DNA of 20,000 nucleotides from the NCBI GenBank assembly GCA_036867785.1, contig CP145426.1:727441-747440 (forward strand). The letters are read 5' to 3'. The notes beneath the pieces were generated by a model that was not told the DNA's origin, did no database searches, and saw only the letters and a program-made list of their open reading frames with translations. The DNA comes from Plasmodiophora brassicae. Lineage: Eukaryota. Shown piece by piece: positions 11,380-20,000 of this stretch; the stretch's first letter is position 1, and each line of letters opens with the position of its first letter. Both the position numbers and the translations under genes were made by a program.

Positions 11380-11826
11380 ATGATGTCCAGGCGGGACTAC
11401 TTTCGTCGCCTATGGTTCTCTTCGAATCCACAACTGACGACGTTGGCCGGCATGATAATGGCCATCGCGCCTCTCGAACTTTGTTACGTCATCTCTGCCT
11501 GTGCGCTCGCGTCCGACCTGTACGTAGGCAACAGCCTTCTGCTGCTGCTCACCATCGGTATTCACACATCCAGGTTTATCTGTGTGTTGAGCGTGTACGT
11601 TTCCCTGTTCACGCCAAACCCGACACCGTGTTCTCTTGTGACTCTTTCAATTTTCAGTCTCTCCCAAGGCCTGGTCGCCTTGAGCTCCAGCGTACCGTTC
11701 GCGGATGTCCGGATCCCATCGTCAACGGCAAAGACGGTCTTCGCCACTCTGCTGGCCATCGACTATACAGTGATCGCCCTCCTGCTGTTCCGCAAGCGCG
11801 GTGCCCTCGTGACACTGAATGAGTAG
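11380..11826 (+). CDS. Small multi-pass membrane protein (~130 aa if the in-frame intron 11520-11573 is removed)
   Basis: ATG at 11380/11383, three to four hydrophobic segments, canonical 54-nt intron gtacgt...ctcac...tccag, and a basic tail FRKRG after the last TM segment. Confidence 0.5.
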   Translation: MMSRRDYFRRLWFSSNPQLTTLAGMIMAIAPLELCYVISACALASDLYVGNSLLLLLTIGIHTSRFICVLSVYVSLFTPNPTPCSLVTLSIFSLSQGLVALSSSVPFADVRIPSSTAKTVFATLLAIDYTVIALLLFRKRGALVTLNE

Positions 11827-12099
11827 GGCCGTCTGACAGCTGACAACGCATGACGCAAGAAGAAATCGGCCCAAAAAAATCGCATTTATGGACCCAGTTT
11901 TTTGGGACGTTAAGCCCCTTTGCCGAGCAACGTTGCCGCTTTAGCTTTCGCCCACGCCGGTGGCGGCAGTATGGGACCTGTGGACGACATCGCGCCTCCG
12001 GCCGACGGATGCCGTGTCGGCGTGAATCAGTCGCCGACTCCGTGTTGCGCTGCGACTGACGACGCTGACGATGCAGCCGATCGCCCACGTCCCCTGCCA

Positions 12100-12350
12100 A
12101 TCGCCGACGATCCGACGACCAAGCCGGTGGTCGACGCCGCCCACTACATCGCCGTACACGGCTTCCCGATACGCCACGATGTTCACCATCGCACCTCGCC
12201 GATCGCCGACGACCTGTCGCGACCGCGTGCCCTGCCAGTGTCTGCGCCGTAAGCCGTTGCACCTCGAGGACAGGTACGAGTCATCGTTTGTTGCACAGTG
12301 TCCCAGGCCCTCTGACGCGTTCGACACCGCCCTTATGCAGTCTCATGCCG
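12100..12350 (+). pseudogene. Subtelomeric family X remnant, copy 2 (boundaries approximate)
   Basis: gccggtggtcgacgccgcccactacatcgccgta (~12123) matches ~12738 and ~14324 (peptide PVV[DN]AAHYIA). Shared donor context gaggacag|gtacga. Confidence 0.6.
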
Positions 12351-12710
12351 TCGAGTCGGACCAGGTCCAACATGACCCCGGCGTGGTGGCTTCCGACGCT
12401 TGGAACAATTGGTCATGCACGCCCCATGCCCGGCACCATGCGTTGATAGCGGGCTAACCAGTCGATGTCGTCGCCGGCCTCCCTGTCTGCGTGTCGAGCG
12501 GTGCCTGCCTGCTGCGTTGTGTTCGTCCTCGCGTCTCTCGAGTCGTCGACGTCCCGAGGCGCCTGCTCGCTGTTCCTGCGATCGACTGTGACGTAATCGA
12601 TGCATCCCACTGGACGTATGCCAACGCGCCCAACACGTCTGGACGACGCCATGCTCCGGTACGGACCGCTGTCTAATGCAAATGATCACGGCCTCACACG
12701 TTCTGCACAG

Positions 12711-13498
12711 GACACTGCCGTCGCCAGTTACGACGCTGCCGGTCGTCAATGCCGCCCACTACATCGCGATATTCGACTAAGTTCGCGTCTGCAGGCTGCG
12801 GGTCCCCAACGACCCGTCGTGCTGCTCGCCGTGCTTACGTCCGCGTCGAAGTCACCGCCGAGCACCGACATGGGCCAACGGGATCACCTGCAACGCGACC
12901 ATAAGGGGGCCTGCTGGGCTTCTGTGCATCTCCTGGTCAGGAGCGTGTCGTTGCCAAGATGCCCCATCGCCTGATACGGCTGCCTGCCCTGCTTGCGTCC
13001 GCGCCGACGTCGCTGCGACCGGGCCAACACATCGTCTACTAGGACAGCGGAACGTGATCATCTTCCTTAAGCGCGCCCAATATCTCTGGGTGCGATTCCA
13101 GGACAGGTATAGTTTCTCGGCTGATGCGATATGACCTTCGCCTCTGACATGTGATGAACAGGCTAAGCCAGCTGCCGTGGGACGTCGCTTGTCCATCATG
13201 GGAGCCTTCAAGCAGCCGTGGTTCTGCCAAATTGTCATTCTGCTCCACACGTGACGCGGTCGACTGCCCCACCCTAGCCGCCGGATGCAATTCGCCGTCT
13301 GCCCTGAACCGTCCTGCGATGACGGGCACTGGTGCAAATGCGTCGCCGGCCCCCCATCTGCCTGGTCGGCTGCCTCTGCCAACTCTGCTGGTTGCCCAGC
13401 AGGGTAGCGGTGCCCAGCGCCCGTTGCTGCCGGAAGCCTCGCGGACACCTGACTTTCGACAACGATCGTGCAGCATCCTTGACGCTATATCCCGATAA
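12711..13498 (+). pseudogene. Subtelomeric family X, most complete copy (copy 3), with one in-frame stop and intron 13107-13161
   Basis: One frame reads TLPVVNAAHYIAIFD*(TAA 12778-12780)VRVCRL...CPACVRADVAA...KRAQYLWVRFQDR, then splices in frame to LSQLPW...LPTLLVAQQ...ISR*. Confidence 0.6.
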
Positions 13499-13559
13499 CC
13501 GTGGCCGTTCAATACACGCTGAACATGTTGACATGCGCGTACACCCACACGTGAAGAGC

Positions 13560-14150
13560 GTAACCAAGGACCAGTACATTCGTATGTGTGAGACCCGCTG
13601 CCCGCAACGGGCGGAGGGTGCCGTGTTGCTCCTCGACGTAAGCGGGCGTTAATACATTTTCAGAATTTCAGTAAGGTGCAGGTGCCGTACATGTACGAGT
13701 TGATGACAATAAGACCAACCGAAGGGGATCGTAGCCAAGGAACAATACTCTCGATCGGATGTCTCAGACCCGCTATCCGCAACGGGGAGACAGTGCCGAA
13801 TTGCCCTTCGTCGTAATCGGGAGCGTTAACACACTTTACGAATTTCAATACGGTGCAGAGGCCATCCCTTTACAAGTTTACGACAATAAGACAAACCTAA
13901 AGGGAAGGTAACCGAGGAACAATACACTCGGAGGTGTGTGGCCCGCTGTCCGCAACGAGGAGAGAGTGCCGAATTGCTCCTCGTCGTAACCGGGAGCGTT
14001 AACACATTTTAACAATTTCAGCAAGATGCAGGGGCCAAACGTTTACGAGTTCCCGACAAACGTAAAGGGAACGTAACCGAGGAACAATACAGTCGGATGT
14101 GTGGGACCCGCTGTCCGCAAAGGGTGGAGAGTGCCGAATTTCTCTTCGCG
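13560..14150. repeat. Degenerate tandem repeat, ~3.5 units of 165-177 bp
   Basis: Unit anchors gta(a/g)cc(a/g)agga at 13560, 13731, 13908 and 14073. Conserved blocks cccgct..ccgcaa, gtgccg, gcgttaa and aatttca. More AT-rich than the flanks. Confidence 0.92.
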
Positions 14151-14299
14151 GTTCTTCGGAGGGAAGGTACTCGACATTAAACGAGGGCAGTCGAGTTCGT
14201 ACCTACTGATCTAGTTCCATCTCGGTATATGGATTTCCAATGAAGGCTGGCCTCGGCGAAAGTCCAGCAGGGCGCACCACTCCGTAGTTGCGTCGTCGT

Positions 14300-15128
14300 C
14301 GTCGCCGACGACCCGGCTACGCTGCCTGTCGTCAACGTCGTCCACGACATCGCCGTAAACGGTTCAACGGGTGTTCTGCGCCGTCGCACATCGCGGGTCG
14401 CCGACGACATGTCGTGCCTGCCTGACCTGCTTGCGTCCCCGCCGCCGTCTCCGCCGACCATATCGTCACGGGCCAAGGCGTCCCCAACGAAGGCAACGCA
14501 ACCTGCTGCGGCTCAGTACCTCTGGATGATGAATTGTATTCAGAACAGGTAAGTAGTATCGCGTATGACAAGCAACCATGGGCTGAGACATGTGCTGGAC
14601 AGGAGACGGCAGCCGTCGATGCCGGGCGGTGCCAGGCGGTCCGACCACCTGCTCCACACCTGGGGCTATCGCATGTCGCGTATCCCCGACGACAGGTCCA
14701 CGCCGACGTCGCCGCCGACCATATCGGCACGTGTAAAACGCATCCCCGGGGAAGGCAATGCAACCTGCTGCTGGTGTGTCAACGCGCTCAGTACCTCTGG
14801 ATGAAGTATATCCAGAACAGGTACGCCGTAGCGCGTATGACCAGCGACCATGACCTCTGACATGTGATGGACAGGAGACGGCAGCCGTAGCTGTACCGCA
14901 TCGTCAGGCTTGCGACCACCTGGTCCCACGCCTGAGGCGACGCCTACCCCCTGTCGATCGCTGCGGTTGGTCGTTCGCGTCCCTGCCATAAACCCGTCAT
15001 TCCATGTCGGCCACAGCGAGCAAGGGCGCCGCCAGCGCCACCGTCCGCAAGCCCAGCTGCGCATGCCTACGCTGCTGGTTGCCCAACGTCCATTTCTACC
15101 GGCCGCCACGCGAACGCCTGCTATCTGA
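14300..15128 (+). pseudogene. Subtelomeric family X remnants, copies 4 and 5 (tandem duplication, ~260-270 bp offset)
   Basis: cgccgaccatatcg...gaaggcaa.gcaacctgctgc...gctcagtacctctggatga...cagaacag|gta...acatgtg.tggacag|gagacggcagccgt occurs twice (introns 14549-14602 and 14821-14874). Peptides QRAQYLWMKYIQNR and MPTLLVAQ match copy 3. Confidence 0.7.
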
Positions 15129-15454
15129 TGACGATCGCCACCATCCCGGCCGGCGTATCGCGGCAAACAGGACCGTTCAATACAGGCAGAACCAGTTGTC
15201 ACGCGTGTACACCGGCCATGCATGGCTTCCTGGCGTCAGCTGGTGCCGACCAGAGCAGGGCGGGACGCCGTCCGTCCCCAGCGTGTTCATCGACGTTGCG
15301 CCCGTCCCTTCATGTCGACGCATATGAAACCCATCCCATGACGTTGCCATGCCTGGTTAGGCCAAGCAATGCCTACCCTTACAATCGACCATCGACGCTC
15401 TCGATGCTGCACCTCAAACAGACCCGTCCCGTGTGTTAAGTTACAAATACAAGT

Positions 15455-18400
15455 TTATGAACGGATACCATTGCATCTGTAGAAGAGCAGCCTGTAGACG
15501 CGCTTGTGGAGCAGGCTAGCCACTTGGGACTCTCCATACCGCACTAGGCGATTGGTGTCGCAGAAGACCCAGGAACCACCGGGTTGCTTGACCCAGGATA
15601 TATAATGCCCTTCATCGTGCCCAGCCAATTGGGTGTCACTACCCTGGTAATCGACCAGGCCAACGAGATCGAAGTACGCTCTGCCAGTCTGAAACGTCAC
15701 TTCTGGCACCACGTCCTGCCCACAGGAGATATCAGACATCCAAGAGATCCACCCATCATCATCGCTTGATGTCCTGCACCTACCACCGTGGTCCTACGAC
15801 GCGCCATGCTGATCTGCGCTCCGTCAGGGCCGGGTTTCTGGACGATCTCCATCGGATCCTGCCGAACAATCAACAGTGACCCCGGCGTTGGACTCCTGGC
15901 CATGTGGCGGAACGTTGTCGACCGGTGCTCGACATCGTGACCAGGTTGGCAGGGAACGTTGGAGGTGCACCTCCTGGTGATCGTCTCCGACTGCTCCCCG
16001 ACCAGAACCGTTGAGAGTTTGACTCGCCGGTGGCAGCCCTGCAGCATGACGACGGGCTGCTGACAAGGCGGGCGCGACGAGGCATGGCCGCAGGTGGCAC
16101 ACGTATCAACCACGTGTTCGACGAACTCGACGAGACTGCCAACAATCGGCTGTCCATCAGCGCCGACCATACGGTATGCCTCCATCTGCGATAGCAGTTC
16201 CAGGACGAAGTCGTCTGCGTCGTGCTGATGTCCGGCAGGAAACGACCGTGTCGCCCGGTCGGCGTTGCCCAGGCTGCTGATGAGCTCAACGAGCGCGTAC
16301 GACGCCACGTTCGCATCCAGGCGGGGGTTCATCACCTGGTTGAACAGGCCCACCCAGGGCGCGTCGCCCGACACGCGGTGCCATCCAGGCAAACGACGCA
16401 GGATATGGACCGGTGCAATGGCGAAGCAAATCTGCCGGCAGACGCCGGCCGCATCCACGTTCGATATGCCCGCTGGAAGTAGCGTGTCAGCACCACACTC
16501 CTGAACGTCAACTTCAGCAGCGTCGATGACAATTGGATCGCGTTTCGTACCTGCGCAGGAGGTTCCGACCCTTGGGCGGGATCGCTGTGGGCGATTCGTT
16601 CGGTGCGGCTCGAACGGTCGACAGCAGGTCGTTCGTGGACCTGCAGTTATTGCACGCATGTCAGCTGTCTCCCTCGCCACAGTACCGGCGTTGGCAATTG
16701 GCAAACCTGTCTGCGCTTCCTCGCTGGGCGTTTCGCGAGGAGAGCCACTTGAACCCTCCTCCGCTTGCAAGTAAGCTTGGGTGCCTGCAATGTCACGGGG
16801 GTTCAGTCTACACCCCGCTCGCAATACCTTCTAACCCAAATCACCCTGTACTCCGACGACCTGGAGGACGACTCGCAAACGTCGTTCGTGTCCTGGGACG
16901 GTGCGTCGCTGTCGTCGTCGCTCGACATCGGGTCCACATCCATCGTACTCTGTTCAGGCCCACAGTGGATCAGCAGGATTGCACAATCAAGGCGAATATC
17001 ATCAGTACACGTACAGTTCGTCGGCACCTGATTGCCGACCGGTTCTGCAGTAGTGCTGCCCGCCGACTGGTTACTGTCCTGCGTACGGGGCGGCGCTCGT
17101 CACCGGCGTCGTCTCCTGCACCGCCGTCCTCAGATCCGTTGGCACCGGCAACGTCGATGCCGCTTCGCCGCCTTCGGACGGCGTCCAGGTACATCGGCAC
17201 AAGCCGGGCAACGAGCGACGCGATCCGCTCAACGACGACATCGTTCTGGCGCCTCGACGTCAGGACGATGAGTTCGATCGCCACCAGCAAGACGTCGTAG
17301 GTGTGCTTCGTCGCGCACCAGACCTCGTTGAGCTTGGCGCCGACAGCGCCGATCAGCATGAGTTCGTGGGCGAAGTCGTCCCACTCAACCGCGCCTGCGT
17401 CCAGCGACCTGAGGACCGCCGACATGTCGACGACGTGGTCATCGCCGTCCCGCTCGTCAGCGTTCCTCTTCTCACCCACGTACGTCAACACTCGTCGACC
17501 GAGGCCGCGCGCATGGAAGATCATAAGGATGATCCTCTGCTGCAGGCCCCACTTGGACAGGTCCACGGGTGACGGCCACAGACCAGACACGCTCTTGACG
17601 AGTTTGCTGACCTGCGTCGACATCTGCCGGGGCGACTTCGACAGTTCAATCGTGTCGTCGACGCAGGGCCTCTGAACCAGCACCGCGTTGTGTGGATCGC
17701 CCAGGAACCCGTCCCAATCGACCAAGACCGGGGTGCCTTTCCCGTCCTTCCTCGAATGCATCACGCCCATGATCAGGGCCATGGCTTCCCACGGCCAATG
17801 CCGGCGATGCTTGTTCCCGTGGAAGGCGGACGGCAGCGGCAGCTCCGCCCACGACCCTTGAGCCTGCGCCAGGGTGACCGACCGCGACGACAGCGGGACC
17901 TTGCTGATCTGCAGCGATCCAGCTGACGTCAACGGTACGATCAGGTCGGGATCACAGAGTGGCGGGACCAGCATGACGACCTGCTGGAGGATGTTCTTGA
18001 ACTCGGCGGTAGGCACCCATCGACCCGCCGGACGCTGGCGCAGTGCACGACGCTGGGCCGGGCTGCTGTCGCCGGACGCCATGAGCATGCGGAGATAGGC
18101 GTCGGTGACTCGCTCCGGAGGCGCATCAACAAGGACGACGGGAGGATGTACGACACGGCCATCCCAGCGTAGACGCAACGACACGTGAATGACATCACGC
18201 CCCAGGGCTCGGCGCCTGCCTTGTACCCTCGTCACCAACGCGCGCATGACGTCGGCCTCTCGGAAACGACTAAGCGGCACGATGGACATGACGTCACGCC
18301 AGAGCGCTACGTGCGGCAGCGTGTCCACGCCGGGCGACATCCAATTGAATGCCACCCACTCGGCGAACGTGATGTGTTGCATCGACGCGACTGAGGGGTC

Positions 18401-19516
18401 CAGCACGGATCCAGGGCTCGCCAGGCGATGCAGGGCGGCCGGTGACGGAAGGAACGACTTGAACAGATAGTCGTAGTCCTGGTCCAGGTCTGGGCGATCA
18501 AGCGCATGGCTGACGTACGGCGCGAGGACCTTCCTGGACCGCAGCTGGTCGAACGCGTACGCGCCCTCTGTCTGAAGCAGGTTGAGCGCCACAGCGGCTG
18601 GCGTCAACATGTCCGAGAGCATCGACGATAACGTTCGAAACCAGGAGCGGACCAGGTAGGTCAACGCATGCCGGCACCCCTTAACCGAAATCCGAAGGAT
18701 CGTCGACATCACGTCGGCGTTGTCGAACCCATGGATAAAGTTCAGGAACTGGCCCTCGTGAATGCGCAGGTTTAAGGGGTCCATGAAAGCTGGATCGATG
18801 AACACCCTGCCGGCCGACATGCAGAAATTGACGTAATCCAGGCGCGTCCCGGGCGACATCCACACGCCGACATTGCTGTCAGGGGTACCGCCCTGGAAGA
18901 ACCGGCTTGCCGAGATGAACGAACCGTCGAGCAGTGCGTTCAGCAGGTCCTCCATGAACTGCAGGCAGTTCATCTGCCGCCGATCAATGTTCGTGACGAA
19001 CGGTGATCGGCGCCCGCCCTCGATGGGTCGGAACATGGCCCGATACATCAGACGGGGGAAGTGGGCGTACTGCTCATGTTTCCGCAGAAGATGGGCCCAG
19101 AAGTCGTGCGCCGCGATGCACAGGATCGTGTCGTCGTCGTTCAGGTGGGCAACTTCGCGCCACATCGACTGGAACACAGCGCCGCGCATCGACAGGTTTG
19201 CGATGTACTCGCAGCGGTGAACGACGGGGACCCTTTCGCGCATCATCTGGCGGCACCATCGTATTCTCTGCGTCATCGACCTGTGAACCGGCTTGAGGGC
19301 TCGCTTCACGTCCGTCTTGCGGATCGGCCCGTACTTCCTCAGAGACCGCGGCAACGAAGCGATGAATTTACGAGTGTTACCGCGATCGAAAGACGCCCGC
19401 ACACAGGCGCTGAATGTGGCCAGGTGCGAGTAGCGCACAGGCGCCGCCAGTATTCGTGATCGATCTCTTGTGCGTTGAGACACTGTCGCATTGTACGCTG
19501 ATCTCGCTGAAGCCAT
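15455..19516 (-). CDS. Telomere-adjacent ~1250-aa protein: large unknown N-terminal region, NLS-like exon, C-terminal ubiquitin-specific protease (peptidase C19); exons 19516..17015, 16949..16845, 16784..16707, 16640..16551, 16500..15784, 15715..15455
   Basis: USP Cys box (GISN...ICFAIAPVHIL), QHDADDF box, Zn-finger-type CATC...RCTSNVPC, and His box (FDLVGLVDYQG...GHYISWVK...WVFCDT...LLFYR). Five GT-AG introns of 65, 60, 66, 50 and 68 nt are all phase 0 and give an uninterrupted frame. The USP call is strong. Fusion to the upstream 834-codon exon is inferred from splice signals. Confidence 0.72.
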
Positions 19517-19648
19517 TGTCGAGCCGCACCGCGTTTTACATCCCCCAAACGCGGCAACCTCACCGATCGGGTAATAGGAGTGGGATCGCGCAGGAGCGCC
19601 GCGGTTGGCGTCTCGGTCGCGTAGAGCGCTGTAGTCGCGACAGACGGC

Positions 19649-20000
19649 TTAGGGTTTTTTTTAGGGTTTTAGGGTTTTAGGGTTTTAGGGTTTTAGGGTT
19701 TTAGGGTTTTTAGGGTTTAGGGTTTAGGGTTTTTTAGGGTTTTAGGGTTTTAGGGGTTTTTAGGGGTTTTAGGGTTTTAGGGTTTTAGGGTTTTAGGGTT
19801 TTAGGGTTTTAGGGTTTTAGGGTTTTAGGGTTTTAGGGTTTTAGGGTTTTAGGGTTTTAGGGTTTTAGGGTTTTAGGGTTTTAGGGTTTTAGGGTTTTAG
19901 GGTTTTAGGGTTTTAGGGTTTTAGGGTTTTAGGGTTTTTTAGGGTTTTAGGGTTTTAGGGTTTTAGGGTTTTTTTAGGGGGCTTAGGGTTTTTTTAGGGT
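19649..20000 (+). repeat. Telomeric repeat array (TTTTAGGG)n with T-run and G-run variants; right chromosome end
   Basis: About 350 bp of mostly TTTTAGGG running to the window end, with the G-rich strand oriented 5'->3' toward the end. Confidence 0.99.

Noticed and set aside
11870-11906. Short inverted repeat cccaaaaaa...ttttttggg
   Set aside because: Low-complexity 9-bp arms with no target-site duplication or partner, so there is not enough evidence for a MITE or terminator.
13560-14150. CRISPR array or hammerhead ribozyme array
   Set aside because: Whole units are homologous, with no unique spacers and no cas genes. The ttgatga-like core occurs in only one unit.
15697-16824. USP as a frameshifted pseudogene, or a stand-alone 375-aa ORF
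   Set aside because: The frame change is explained by a canonical 68-nt intron (15716-15783), and the ORF's 5' part contains intron-like segments and has no ATG at its listed start.
16970-19516. Telomeric retrotransposon (reverse transcriptase) or RecQ/Y'-type helicase
   Set aside because: No YxDD-type RT motif set, Walker A or DExH motifs were found in the translation.
19649-20000. Chlamydomonas as the source organism
   Set aside because: It shares the telomere repeat, but introns here are 43-72 nt and intergenic gaps are tiny, unlike the longer introns typical of Chlamydomonas.

Overview
Eukaryotic chromosome end: the window ends in a (TTTTAGGG)n telomere at 19649-20000. High GC, compact genes, 43-72 nt GT-AG introns and this repeat suggest a phytomyxid such as Plasmodiophora brassicae (inference). 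Positions 1-6756 hold four intact-looking, tightly packed genes: a 5'-partial type I membrane protein with a Thr-rich stalk, a PDXDC1-like protein, a 7TM GPCR-like protein and a DUR3-like urea transporter. Positions 6757-15450 are a decayed subtelomeric patchwork: a ~1.23 kb spacer-less palindrome made from a folded-back gene, an ankyrin pseudogene, a small membrane-protein ORF, about five remnants of an unknown intron-containing family and a ~170 bp tandem repeat. The most interesting feature is the last gene. Pieces that the ORF track lists separately can be spliced through five phase-0 introns into one 1250-aa protein (19516 to 15455, minus strand). It has an unknown N-terminal region with a possible degenerate tyrosine-recombinase fold, an NLS-like exon and a C-terminal USP deubiquitinase, and it starts 132 bp from the telomere. 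All gene models were spliced by eye and no database search was run.
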